63,575 nt of DNA from an uncultured Pseudomonadota bacterium (GCA_902787305.1 CADAFS010000005.1:1-63575), one strand, 5' to 3'; numbered from the stretch's first letter, positions 1 through 10,033 are shown. The notes: generated by a model not told the origin, from the sequence alone. Numbers and translations: made by a program.

Positions 1-37
1 GCAAACTGCTGGTACATCTAAATAGCCTGCTGGCACG

Positions 38-97
38 TGAATGTGTTTTGCGAAAATAAGTGTTTTTTATACTTGACTTTGTACACATTTACTAACA
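38..97 (+). repeat. about 60-bp repeat, copy 1 (partner 13745..13806, inverted)
   Basis: gaatgtgttttgcgaaaataagtgttttttatacttgactttgtacacatttactaacac matches the reverse complement of 13745-13806 at about 90% by eye. Confidence 0.8.
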
Positions 98-110
98 CTT
101 TCACTTACAC
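91..110 (-). repeat. TAGTG-type array (G-strand on minus)
   Basis: Plus strand reads actaacactttcacttacac. Upstream of the + CDS at 197. Confidence 0.7.
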
Positions 111-196
111 CAATTAAAGACAAAACACAACCGCTTGACAAAACACGAATTTTTGGTTAAAATATATAACATAAACATAACCAAAAGGGTCCAAAC

Positions 197-907
197 ATGA
201 AAAAAACAGACAAAACCTTATTCCTTGCGGCGTTAATGGCAATTGCCACCGCATGCAAAAAGGAACCAATTCCCGATGTCGCCACATCCAAACAAACACC
301 ATCAATGGCACCAAATGACACAATTCCACACGTCCCCATGGACCCGGGCGAACCGGCCACAATGTTGACGGCGGACCAAAAGGCGACCATTACATGGAAT
401 TGGTATAATTGGATTATGTACAATGATTTTATAAATTCGGACACAATTGAATACTATGCCAATCGCCATAATATTGATCGGATTACATTGATGCCGGATA
501 CGAATTCTTTTCAATCAAACGTCATAACTTGCACCTACTATACACCCTATGATTTTCATCGCGCACGTGATACAATTGGCAAATACTGGGACATATTGGA
601 ACAATACGGCAAAACAGTAAATGCGGGTAACGCAATAATATATGTGAACAAATACACTGGTGCGCATTTACCACATAACGGTTATGAACCATATGGCATG
701 TCATTGGAAGACAGCGTTTGGTACACCAGCAAGGGTTATCGTGTTATGCGGGGTGATTTTAATTATAAATCTGGAGATACAAATACACAGCATAAATACA
801 AATCACAACTGGACAGCGTTCGTCCCGCCCTTTACAAAAAACAGATGCAGCAATTTGATACCGCAAAATATAATCGGCGCCATCAAAACTTGTATAAGGG
901 CAGATAG
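197..907 (+). CDS. hypothetical lipoprotein
   Basis: N-terminal signal peptide with lipobox-like LMAIATAC. GC hairpin downstream at 941-958. No family recognised. Confidence 0.55.
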   Translation: MKKTDKTLFLAALMAIATACKKEPIPDVATSKQTPSMAPNDTIPHVPMDPGEPATMLTADQKATITWNWYNWIMYNDFINSDTIEYYANRHNIDRITLMPDTNSFQSNVITCTYYTPYDFHRARDTIGKYWDILEQYGKTVNAGNAIIYVNKYTGAHLPHNGYEPYGMSLEDSVWYTSKGYRVMRGDFNYKSGDTNTQHKYKSQLDSVRPALYKKQMQQFDTAKYNRRHQNLYKGR

Positions 908-960
908 GTTTCACGCCCAAAGTTTAATATTCAAACAAACGCGGGGCTTTTGCCCCGCGT

Positions 961-1020
961 ACTAACACTAACCCCTGCCTCGCTGTAGCGATAGCGAAAG
1001 CGGGACTAACACTAACCACC
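961..1020 (-). repeat. array - GC hairpin - array module (G-strand on minus)
   Basis: actaacactaac + ccctgcctcgctgtagcgatagcgaaagcggg + actaacactaaccacc. Upstream of acpS. Confidence 0.7.
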
Positions 1021-1105
1021 CAAAAAAAATTTCATTTTCTGCTTGCACGAATCGGAAAAAAGTTTCTATATTCCGATATCAAATTTACAAAAGGGAGGAA
1101 ACCTT

Positions 1106-1483
1106 ATGATTGTTGGCATCGGCATTGATTTGGTCGAATCGGGACGTTTTCTTGATTGGTCCGCGTTCAAAAAACAACGCATTTTTACAAAAAAAGAACT
1201 TGAATACGCGGATGCCGACAACGCAAACGCGGAAAAACATCTTGCAAATTTCTGGGCCGCGCGTGAGGCATGCCTTAAGGCCCTTGGGACCGGGTTCGGC
1301 GATGATATTGCATTTTCCGACATATCGGTCGTGCATGACGACAACGGCCATCCAGAAATTATGATTGCCGGCGGCGCACGCAACGCACTAAAAGAACTTG
1401 CCGGAATGACGGCGGCGGTTCACCTTTCTATATCGGACCAGGATAATTTTTCCGTCGCAATGGTCGTGATTGAAAAGCAATAA
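1106..1483 (+). CDS. acpS: holo-[acyl-carrier-protein] synthase
   Basis: Begins MIVGIGIDLVE, typical of AcpS, and has the FAAREACLKALGTG-like motif. AGGGAGG RBS lies 7 nt upstream of the ATG at 1106. The ORF-track start at 1043 is probably too early. Confidence 0.85.
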   Translation: MIVGIGIDLVESGRFLDWSAFKKQRIFTKKELEYADADNANAEKHLANFWAAREACLKALGTGFGDDIAFSDISVVHDDNGHPEIMIAGGARNALKELAGMTAAVHLSISDQDNFSVAMVVIEKQ

Positions 1484-1554
1484 AGATTTCATATATGTCA
1501 AAGCAAAAAAATATCGCACAAAAATGTGCGATATTTTTATTATCAAACATTTAT

Positions 1555-4143
1555 TTAATCCGCGCGATACGTGACCGTTTCCGTCACACTATATTGCCCG
1601 CCGTCATGCACACTAAAATCGCGCCGCGTTTCATCCGCCGGTTCGGGCGCCGAAACATAATTATAATTTTCCGTCACATATTGCGGTTGCGGAGCAGGAA
1701 CATATTCCGGCGCAGGGGCATATTGTGGTGCGTCATAAACATAAGATTCCGTCACATATTCGACATTTGCCGGATTATTATATTCCACAACCGTTTCGAC
1801 ATCTTCACCAACCACCGGCATTGGTACCGAAACAACATTTTCTTCGATAATAACATCCGGCGCGGTGACGGTCGTGACCATCGCAACCGGTTCTTCGGTC
1901 ACAATTTCCACAACGGGTTCTGTCACCTCTACCAATACTGGTTTATCATCACGTGAAACGCCATACGGTTCTTTACGTGCCAAAACATCTTCTTCGGATT
2001 CTATCACACGCGCGTCGGGTTCCGGCCCGCGCAAAATATCATCGTTAGGATAACGCACCTCTATTGGTTTATCCACTGGCGCCGGCGCAACAATCGGGGC
2101 GGGTTCCGGTTCAGTCCACACAGGCGTATCCGGTTCATAAACATCGACCGGTGTCGGCAACACAACAGGCACATCGGGTTCAACATATTCATCAATCGGC
2201 GTATCCGGTTCGGTGTATTCCGTCCGTTCTCCAAGTCCAAGGAACGGAACCGTTCCACCGTTCTTTTTCTGGTACAACCAAAGAGTGAAAATCGAAAGCG
2301 CAATCAACAAAATCAATAGTATATAATACCCAACCCCCGAACGTTTTGTTCCAACCGGTCGCGGCTTTTCATTATTTTGAATTGGTGACATTGGTCTTTC
2401 TTCTGGCATTTTTGGAACCTCCACTGGTGAAAAAGGACGCTGTGGCGCACTGATACCCTGGTTATCATATTGCGCGGTGCTTGCCTGACCCGTTGTGTCA
2501 ACATCGCCCGGCACAGATTCGTCCACATTTTTTATTGTATCAATCACGGGTTCGGGGGCCACATCATGTTCATCCGATTTATCTTGGCTCCCCGGTTCAC
2601 CCCATGATTCATCAAACTTTTTTTCCGTAAATTCCGGCGCATTATCAGAATACGCACCAAAATTCATATGTCCGAAATTATCTTCAAATTCAGATTCCGC
2701 CGCCGTATCTTGCGCCGCCGTATCTTGGGTCACCTGTTTCACAGAATAATCATTTTCGTATTCATCATCGCGCGATTCTTGCAATTTCGGTTCATCTTCT
2801 TCAACGACTTCTTCACGTTTTTCGACGAATTCTTCATCGTCATCTTTTTCACCATCATCTTCCGCACGTGATTTTATTTCCGATTTATATTCATCATACG
2901 CATCGCCACGCTTTTCATCGGATTTTTCACGTTCTTCGTCCGGTTCTTTTTCATCGTCCCCGTAATCGTCCGCATCGTTATCATCCGTGTGTTCTTTATT
3001 ATCAATTTCTTTCTTTTTATTATCCGAATAATCGTCATCATCATAGTCATCAATATCCGTCCGCGGCAACGCATCATTATCAGAATCATCATCGGTATCA
3101 TCATCGCCCGCGCCCGGAAACCCAAAGGCGGCATCATTTTTATCACCATCATCATGCACCGTTTCCGGCTTTGGTTCATCATCCATCGCAGAATAGGGCG
3201 ACAATGGCCGTTTTAATTCGGGTTGATACGACGGTTTGATATCCCCAAAATCCACCGGTTTAAACGCAATTTTATCATCCAAAATTTCCGGATCTTTATT
3301 CAAAAGCGGTTTTACTTCATCGGATTTATCACTTGGCATATCTATATCCTGGGGTTCTTCGGTTTCAATATCTTCATCCGTCACGGGCATTTTTGCAACA
3401 TCAGATTTCTTCGCCCTTGCGTCCACAACCCGGTGCGGACCATCCGTATCCAAATCAACCATTGGCCGCCGCAACGCCAACAAAGCCAACACCGCATTTG
3501 CGTCATCGGTCGCAACCTCTATACGCCGCCGTGCATTTTCAATCCGTTTTTCGGCCCGTAATAGTTTTTCATCGGTTGATTCAATTTGGGCCTCTACACG
3601 TAAAATTCTCGATGCCGATTGCTTGGTCGGTTCGCGCCCAACATAAGATTTTTGCCGACTAAGCCTATCGCGCAAAACGTTCATACGGTTATGCAGGCAT
3701 TTTATCGTATATTCGGCCTTGTCCGCGGTAATTTGCGCCTGGGCAATTTCATCTTGGGCATTGGCAAGGCGTACCGTCGCCGCACGCCGCACCGCCGCAT
3801 CACGAAAATCAACCAAATCAACCAATGCCGCATTCAAATCCCCATGATTTTCATAGGCATCTATTAAATCTTCGTAAACATCGATTCCACTATATTCTAT
3901 ATCAAGTTTTTGATATTTATTGTCGCGCTTTGGCCGTATCAATTCCAAATCGATATTATAAACATTCTGCAACAAATCGTCCCAGCGCCGCGTTCCATCC
4001 GACCGCACAACCAACAAAACATTAGGTTTATATTCATCAATCGTTTCATCGACAACGAATACCAGTTTATTATCGGAATTATACCACGCATGCAAAACAT
4101 TCCCGGCAATGTCATATTCGACAAGATGCAAATTTTGAAACAT
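1555..4143 (-). CDS. large acidic bitopic membrane protein, unknown function
   Basis: 862 aa. N-terminal globular and coiled-coil part, then a roughly 300-aa Asp/Glu-rich low-complexity region, one TM helix (GYYILLILLIALSIFTLWLY) and a Pro/Val/Glu-rich C-terminus. AGGAGAG RBS favours the ATG at 4143 over 4161. Confidence 0.65.
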   Translation of the reverse strand: MFQNLHLVEYDIAGNVLHAWYNSDNKLVFVVDETIDEYKPNVLLVVRSDGTRRWDDLLQNVYNIDLELIRPKRDNKYQKLDIEYSGIDVYEDLIDAYENHGDLNAALVDLVDFRDAAVRRAATVRLANAQDEIAQAQITADKAEYTIKCLHNRMNVLRDRLSRQKSYVGREPTKQSASRILRVEAQIESTDEKLLRAEKRIENARRRIEVATDDANAVLALLALRRPMVDLDTDGPHRVVDARAKKSDVAKMPVTDEDIETEEPQDIDMPSDKSDEVKPLLNKDPEILDDKIAFKPVDFGDIKPSYQPELKRPLSPYSAMDDEPKPETVHDDGDKNDAAFGFPGAGDDDTDDDSDNDALPRTDIDDYDDDDYSDNKKKEIDNKEHTDDNDADDYGDDEKEPDEEREKSDEKRGDAYDEYKSEIKSRAEDDGEKDDDEEFVEKREEVVEEDEPKLQESRDDEYENDYSVKQVTQDTAAQDTAAESEFEDNFGHMNFGAYSDNAPEFTEKKFDESWGEPGSQDKSDEHDVAPEPVIDTIKNVDESVPGDVDTTGQASTAQYDNQGISAPQRPFSPVEVPKMPEERPMSPIQNNEKPRPVGTKRSGVGYYILLILLIALSIFTLWLYQKKNGGTVPFLGLGERTEYTEPDTPIDEYVEPDVPVVLPTPVDVYEPDTPVWTEPEPAPIVAPAPVDKPIEVRYPNDDILRGPEPDARVIESEEDVLARKEPYGVSRDDKPVLVEVTEPVVEIVTEEPVAMVTTVTAPDVIIEENVVSVPMPVVGEDVETVVEYNNPANVEYVTESYVYDAPQYAPAPEYVPAPQPQYVTENYNYVSAPEPADETRRDFSVHDGGQYSVTETVTYRAD

Positions 4144-4179
4144 TGTTTTCTCTCCTGGCATTTTCGAATCCCCCCGGGG

Positions 4180-4740
4180 TTATTTCTTTTTTGGCGGTGT
4201 AAACTGATATGCCTGTTTACAGTGTTCATAGCAATATGGTTTTCCAACGAACACAGGTTGACCACAGAAATGGAAATTTTCCGAATCCGGGTCGCCAATC
4301 GGCCACCGACACTGATTCGGTTTAAGGTTCGCCATTTCCAACGCATGTTGCACCATACGTTGATGCACCGAAATTCCTTTACCCGCAATTGCATGTCCCA
4401 CGGTCTTTTTAGGCACGGGCTTTGCGATTGTTTTTTCTTTCGGTGCGGGCTTTGCCTTTACGGTCTTAGACGCCGCAACATTTGCTTTTTTTACGGGGCT
4501 TATCGGTGCCTTTTTATCCACCTTTTTTGGCGCAACCCTTTTCGTTTCCGTCTTTTTTACCGACTTGGTCGTTTTGGCATCCGAATCATTTGCCCCCGTG
4601 TTCCACCCCATACGGTGCAATTTTCCAACAACGGCATTTTTCGAAAGACCCAATTTTTTACCAATTTCCGCAGTGGACAAACCCTTGCCCACCAAGGCCT
4701 TTAACTTTTTAAGTATATTATTATCCCACGCTTTACTCAT
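4180..4740 (-). CDS. gcrA: cell cycle regulator GcrA
   Basis: N-terminal W..L..L...G.SA.EI...LG.S.NAV.GK.HR.G HTH and C-terminal CRWPIGDP...FHFCG...PYC..H signature of GcrA. Confidence 0.85.
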   Translation of the reverse strand: MSKAWDNNILKKLKALVGKGLSTAEIGKKLGLSKNAVVGKLHRMGWNTGANDSDAKTTKSVKKTETKRVAPKKVDKKAPISPVKKANVAASKTVKAKPAPKEKTIAKPVPKKTVGHAIAGKGISVHQRMVQHALEMANLKPNQCRWPIGDPDSENFHFCGQPVFVGKPYCYEHCKQAYQFTPPKKK

Positions 4741-4816
4741 TTTATCCTAACCCAAGTTAAACATTTATGATACAATATACTAACACAAAACCGATTCGAA
4801 ACGCAAGGGGGAAATA

Positions 4817-5296
4817 ATGTTTTTATATATATTTTGGTCTTTTTTTGCTGTTTTAATTCTTATGGCGCTTGGGCTTACCTATAAAATCGCGCAAACCGAT
4901 ATGCGCCGGCGGATTATCCCGGACGGATACCTGTTTCCATTGCTAATAATCGGGGTAATTGTCACGACATTTTATCCGTGGCCGGTTCAAATCGAATCGG
5001 GCGCGGTCGGAATGGCATTTGGGTATATGCTTGCGGCCGTGGTCGGACTTATTTTCGACAAAATTTTGACCCACAAAGACCCGAACGCCGAAAGTCCAAT
5101 CGGCATGGGCGACATAAAATTAATTAGTGTCGGCGGCCTTTGGTGCGGACCAACGGGTTTGGCGATTGCGTTGGTGCTGGCCTGTGCATTTGGGGCAACA
5201 TGGGCGTATCGCAAGAAACAGAAATTTATACCATTCGCACCTTTTTTTGTAATCGGTGGATTTTTATCTTTGATTACAATCACGTTTTTGATATAA
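4817..5296 (+). CDS. A24-family prepilin peptidase (CpaA/TadV-like)
   Basis: 159 aa polytopic protein with both catalytic Asp contexts (DMRRRIIPD and GMGDIKL). Good RBS (AAGGGGGA). Confidence 0.6.
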   Translation: MFLYIFWSFFAVLILMALGLTYKIAQTDMRRRIIPDGYLFPLLIIGVIVTTFYPWPVQIESGAVGMAFGYMLAAVVGLIFDKILTHKDPNAESPIGMGDIKLISVGGLWCGPTGLAIALVLACAFGATWAYRKKQKFIPFAPFFVIGGFLSLITITFLI

Positions 5297-5321
5297 TATA
5301 TGACATAGGTCGAACGAGAGA

Positions 5322-6614
5322 ATGAAAAAAACCAATTGTTTGTTTACACTGTGGGTCGCGGCGTTATGCGCCGGCACGCACGCGTACGCGGTTGGCACGG
5401 CACCGGCGATACTGTCAAACTATGGCGAAATTCAATCGGTAAAGAATTACTCGTCCAATCCATTTTGGAATAAAAACAGCCCATATAACCAAAACTTTCC
5501 AAAGCCAATTTATGCCACCGGTGCGGATTTGAATACCGGTGATTGTAATCGCGTGGTGGAAAATTTGGTCACATCATATTGCGCCGAACATAATTATTGT
5601 CGGAACTTACGTATATCGGATGTTCGCCCAACAATAATGGTGCAACTGTCGCAATTACCGGGACATAATTTTGCAACATCTTGCGGTGGATATATCGATT
5701 CCGCGTTCGACAAATTTCAAAAAGAATACGGCAACGTGTCCACGGTGAATTTGCCAAAACCGGCATCGCAACCAATAAACATTGAAATTGCAAATCCGTT
5801 TGCACCGAAACAAACGGCGGCGCAAAAGGCAATTGCCGACCGCACCGCGGAACTTGAAAAATTACAGTCACTAACAACGCCAACCGCCGGTGTGCACGCG
5901 GAATATTTTCCAAAAACAACCGCGGATTTATCGTTTACGGACCGGCTTGCCAACACCGCCGCCGGATACGAACCGTATAAAGATTTGGAATCATACAAAA
6001 AACCAGATTTCCTTGGCGAAGATGAAGAATTCTTTAACCGGTTGCGGGCACAAAATTTTGAAAAGTTCTGTGAACGCCGCCCGGACGATGCGGAATGTAA
6101 AAAGTTGCGTGAACATGCCATCGCCTATGTTCTTTTTGGTGGCACCGGGTGCCAATCCACAAAATACGAAACAGGGCGGGGTGCAACCATATCATGCGTC
6201 CCAACGCGCCAAAACAGCACATTCCTTGGATGGTGCACGGATTATTCGACAGCAACAACATATGACGGCGCGGCATGTCCAATGCAGCATACAATTGCCA
6301 AAACCGATACGGACGATAAAACATACTATGCCAAATGGAAATGTAATAAGTCCGAATATGAACAAACCCAAACCGCCTGTATCGACCCGAACGCCGGTGG
6401 TGGTGGAAACATCACAACATGTCCGGACCCATACATGAATCCAACAAATTGTAAATGCGAAGATCCATACGAAGAAACCGCGCCAGGTTCAAACATATGT
6501 AAATGCAAAAACGGAAAAGACCCCGCGAGTGGTTGCGCCGACACCCCACCATCGGGTGGAGGAACGTACATTGACAATGACGGTAATCCTGTATACATAG
6601 GCCCAACAATATAA
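5322..6614 (+). CDS. secreted Cys-rich protein with one Listeria-Bacteroides-type repeat
   Basis: Signal peptide MKKTNCLFTLWVAALCAGTHAYA. The segment VLFGG.G....Y..G......P.R....FLGW.TD....YAKW resembles the Flg_new/InlB B-repeat. C-terminus is Cys/Pro-rich. Confidence 0.6.
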   Translation: MKKTNCLFTLWVAALCAGTHAYAVGTAPAILSNYGEIQSVKNYSSNPFWNKNSPYNQNFPKPIYATGADLNTGDCNRVVENLVTSYCAEHNYCRNLRISDVRPTIMVQLSQLPGHNFATSCGGYIDSAFDKFQKEYGNVSTVNLPKPASQPINIEIANPFAPKQTAAQKAIADRTAELEKLQSLTTPTAGVHAEYFPKTTADLSFTDRLANTAAGYEPYKDLESYKKPDFLGEDEEFFNRLRAQNFEKFCERRPDDAECKKLREHAIAYVLFGGTGCQSTKYETGRGATISCVPTRQNSTFLGWCTDYSTATTYDGAACPMQHTIAKTDTDDKTYYAKWKCNKSEYEQTQTACIDPNAGGGGNITTCPDPYMNPTNCKCEDPYEETAPGSNICKCKNGKDPASGCADTPPSGGGTYIDNDGNPVYIGPTI

Positions 6615-6636
6615 CAATTCAAAAGGAATAGATAGG

Positions 6637-7467
6637 ATGAATCACTGCATAATATTTTTGATGACATCGCTACTGATTATATCAACCACCTATGCGGCAG
6701 ACCCATTTAATCGCCCAAGCTGCTTATATAACCTAGACGTCGCCGCCATAAAATCCGCCACTGGTATAACGGACACTGACACAAAAGAACAGGTGTTTAA
6801 CAAAATCTCTAAAAAAAAGGATTCCTTTCTTGATGCTGTCGTAAAAACTATTAAAGAAAAATGCCTTTTTGAAACTGCTAATATCAAATCGTTTAATGAT
6901 TTCATGGATGATAGTGAAACCATTCCAATCAAATTAAAAATAAATAACGCACTGTTTGTAGACATTCCTATAACACGATCAACATTTTCTCAGCACTTGG
7001 CACTTCAAACGCATGTTGTAGTTTTAACAAATCCTTCTCGTTTTATACCAGGTACTGTCGTAACTGTTTCTGACCTGCAAAGTGATGTCCCTAATCATTG
7101 TGCTGGCCGTTATTATGAAAAACAGTACTTTGCAAATAATACTCCTTGTTCGGATACACCTTTATCAGATGCGGCAAAGAATAGTTTTATCAATAAATAC
7201 AAGTACAATTTTGCTCTAGCAAAAAACAGTAAACTGTTGACAGGAGAATTATATCAACGCACTGAATATTGCTTAGGGAAACGAATACAGTTCACTCCTG
7301 TTGTCGACACCAATTATTATCGTCAGCGAGAAAACGTGAGAAAGTTTTCCGAACAGTTAAAAAACACAGCCTGTACAGGTGAAAATATCACGGTATATGT
7401 AATGTACGAATCTAGCCCTAAAGACAACAACTATATCGTTCTAGATGGCCCATACATTATCCCATGA
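6637..7467 (+). CDS. secreted hypothetical protein
   Basis: Signal peptide ending TTYAA. AT-richer by eye than its neighbours. Its TGA stop overlaps the next start (ATGA). Confidence 0.55.
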   Translation: MNHCIIFLMTSLLIISTTYAADPFNRPSCLYNLDVAAIKSATGITDTDTKEQVFNKISKKKDSFLDAVVKTIKEKCLFETANIKSFNDFMDDSETIPIKLKINNALFVDIPITRSTFSQHLALQTHVVVLTNPSRFIPGTVVTVSDLQSDVPNHCAGRYYEKQYFANNTPCSDTPLSDAAKNSFINKYKYNFALAKNSKLLTGELYQRTEYCLGKRIQFTPVVDTNYYRQRENVRKFSEQLKNTACTGENITVYVMYESSPKDNNYIVLDGPYIIP

Positions 7468-9650
7468 AAAAACTAATTCCGTTTCTGCTTCTCCTCCCCC
7501 TCTCCGCTTTTGCGGCGGGCGGCGGGGTTACACAGACCGCCGAATTGCTGAACGCGAATGCGCCGGCAAATACGACATGTGTGCGTAATGCCTTTGTGAA
7601 CGCGCTTTATGAAAATGCGGATAAAATTGATGAAGACGCACCGGAATCCGCGGTTAAACAATGGATATATGACACAATTCAATCCGCCGAAACATTGGGC
7701 GATGTTTTAACTTGCCCCGAAATTATGGATGCGGACGAAAACGAAACTATTAGATTTTTACCAATACAATACACATTTCCAAACGGTCGTGAAATTATTG
7801 TAAATTATGAAACGCAAGCACGTGTTTTGGAACAGCGTTTCATGCTTGCCACCAAAACGGAATTACCAACCACCGACCCAAATCCCGCGATTTCCGAATT
7901 TGATGAAACCGCAACATGGACGAACACCGAACCCGCATGGTATGGAATTATGGTTGTGCAATCGGGCGCATTACGCGACATGGTCGGCCCCGATAAAAAC
8001 AATACCGTTTCAATGAAATATATCATTGATAATATCGGCAATTTGTACCCGCGCGACACGGACGGCGTGTGTTCCACGCGTTCGGGCATGACCGCAAAAC
8101 TGCGCAATTCCATGATTCATAAGGTTATGCACGAACACACCGCAAAACATGACGACGATAACAATAATTACTATATCGCCGGCGATATAAATTTGCGTTG
8201 GATATCATTTGCGGAAATCGCACTTGATATTGCACTTACGGTCGTCAGTTTCGGTGGTTTCGCCGCCGCCGAAGGCGCCATTAAAACGGCACGCGCGACA
8301 AAGATTATCGGCAAAATTGGCAAGAATATGAAAACACTTACCAAAATCGAAAACGTTCAAAAATATATTCGTGAATCACTGAAAATTGCGCGTCTAACCA
8401 AAGAAATCGACAACATGAACGATATGACAAAAACAATCAAAACCATCGACAAACTTGAAAAGGCACTTGCCAAATTACCAAAGGATTCTGCAAAATATGA
8501 AAAAATCGCAAAACAATTAGAGGCCGCCAGAAAACTAAAGGCCGATAATATGTGGAAATTTGGACAAACAGGCTCAACCACCGTAAAAACCATGACACGT
8601 TCCCAAGCAAAAAACTTAACCGATATTGAAAATAGAATAAACAAAATTGAATCAATCGATGCAAGCCGCAGAACCGCAAAAGATGCAGATACACTAAAGA
8701 AACTGCGACAAGAACGAAACACTATTTTGAATAAAGTTGGAACCAAAGATCCTTCGGAAATCGCTCGTTTAAAACAAAGCGCACTTAACGGTTCAATCGG
8801 AACAAATTTCACAGACATCGACATAACCAAATTTGATGATTTAACAAAAGCAAAACTTGAAGAAATCGAAAAAACAAAAAAAACAATGTCGGACATGGCG
8901 CGCACGGATAAAAATGTTGCGGAATATGTAAAGCAATTTGATGAACTTAAAAAAGTGACAAAATATGTGCGTGAACTTAAAACCTATAAAAAGGCCCGCA
9001 CCGGAAATATGGTAAGCCGTGCATGGCAAGGATTAAAAAATACAGGCAAAAGTATAAAGACCGCAAACACCGGTGGCAAAATGCTTGATAATGCCGCCAA
9101 GGTTGCGGACAAAGGCGCCAAGACCGCCGCAAAAATCGAAAAAGAATTGGGCGGTGCCGCCCGCCAAGGCGCAAAATCGGGCAGGGCGCGCGACTGGCTG
9201 TTTCATTCAACAATGCGCAATGCCGGTCGCGTCGCCAAAATCGGCGAAGAACTTGCCGCGTTGCATTTCGTGCTGGGGATTCTTGGCGATTTCTATGATT
9301 GGACCAACACTGAAAATGATGAATTCACAAACGGAATAAATATGAAGCCGCTGTTGCTGCTGTCCGCCGACGATATCGAAGGCCAAGATAATATCGTGAA
9401 CTATGGCATGTGGCTAATGTGGTCGGGCGATTCGGCGATTCCCGAAGATGATGATGCCGCGTATTTGCAAGCGATGGATTTTGCACAAAAGTTTTACCAA
9501 GACCTGGTCGAAACCCAGGAATCTGAAAACCGTCATGCATGCGATGTTGATATCTATGTCGTTCGCCCGATTATCCGCAACCCCGGTGGCGAAAGTCAAT
9601 CGCTTTATTGGCTGTTCATGAACGATATTCCATGGTCCACCGCCCGATAA
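7464..9650 (+). CDS. large hypothetical envelope protein (signal peptide, two hydrophobic helices, Lys-rich coiled coil)
   Basis: Signal peptide LLLLPLSAFAAG. TM-like segments WISFAEIALDIALTVVSFGGFAAAEGAI and LAALHFVLGILGDFY flank about 330 aa of K/E-rich heptad-like sequence. Translationally coupled to the upstream ORF. Confidence 0.6.
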   Translation: MKKLIPFLLLLPLSAFAAGGGVTQTAELLNANAPANTTCVRNAFVNALYENADKIDEDAPESAVKQWIYDTIQSAETLGDVLTCPEIMDADENETIRFLPIQYTFPNGREIIVNYETQARVLEQRFMLATKTELPTTDPNPAISEFDETATWTNTEPAWYGIMVVQSGALRDMVGPDKNNTVSMKYIIDNIGNLYPRDTDGVCSTRSGMTAKLRNSMIHKVMHEHTAKHDDDNNNYYIAGDINLRWISFAEIALDIALTVVSFGGFAAAEGAIKTARATKIIGKIGKNMKTLTKIENVQKYIRESLKIARLTKEIDNMNDMTKTIKTIDKLEKALAKLPKDSAKYEKIAKQLEAARKLKADNMWKFGQTGSTTVKTMTRSQAKNLTDIENRINKIESIDASRRTAKDADTLKKLRQERNTILNKVGTKDPSEIARLKQSALNGSIGTNFTDIDITKFDDLTKAKLEEIEKTKKTMSDMARTDKNVAEYVKQFDELKKVTKYVRELKTYKKARTGNMVSRAWQGLKNTGKSIKTANTGGKMLDNAAKVADKGAKTAAKIEKELGGAARQGAKSGRARDWLFHSTMRNAGRVAKIGEELAALHFVLGILGDFYDWTNTENDEFTNGINMKPLLLLSADDIEGQDNIVNYGMWLMWSGDSAIPEDDDAAYLQAMDFAQKFYQDLVETQESENRHACDVDIYVVRPIIRNPGGESQSLYWLFMNDIPWSTAR

Positions 9651-9715
9651 AAAACCTGTTGTCTTTTTTTTAGAATTTATTTAACATTAAACACGAAGGC
9701 CAAAGGAGGAACCAA

Positions 9716-10033
9716 ATGAAAAAACTTTTCATTAGTTTTGTTGTTATACTGTCAACCGCGATTTCCGCCCACGCGTATCAGGTTTTATCTTCACGCGAAT
9801 TGGGCAAGGGCGACGCACGAAACCAAAACGTTGTTGTCAAATGCACAACCGAAATGGGCAAATTATCAAATCAAACATGCTCGCTGCGCCGGTATGTAAA
9901 ATGCAGTGGCACCGGCATCAAGAAAAAATGCAGTGGATGGCAGGGTTGGCGTGATTTACGCAACCCGGAAAAGCAATTTTCCGATTGGCAAACCGCCGCG
10001 AACGAATGCTGTCGAACAATGGGATTACGATAG
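9716..10033 (+). CDS. small secreted Cys-rich protein
   Basis: AAAGGAGG RBS, signal peptide ending SAHA, 7 Cys in about 85 mature residues. Confidence 0.5.
   Translation: MKKLFISFVVILSTAISAHAYQVLSSRELGKGDARNQNVVVKCTTEMGKLSNQTCSLRRYVKCSGTGIKKKCSGWQGWRDLRNPEKQFSDWQTAANECCRTMGLR

Noticed and set aside
941-958. Rho-independent terminator for CDS 197..907.
   Set aside because: The GC hairpin is clear, but the T-run is on the opposite strand (plus strand reads aaacaaac-hairpin-gtac). Its direction and function are ambiguous, so it is noted only in the evidence for that CDS.
3910-4704. A 264-aa plus-strand ORF, and many other 60-190-aa ORFs antisense to long genes (for example 1495..1956, 2868..3239, 31781..32449, 8357..8905).
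   Set aside because: These are shadow ORFs opposite well-supported genes. They have low-complexity or biased composition and no RBS.
4741-4816. CtrA box in the gcrA promoter region (TTAACTTGGGTTAGG).
   Set aside because: Only one half-site matches TTAA-N7-TTAA, which is too weak to call.
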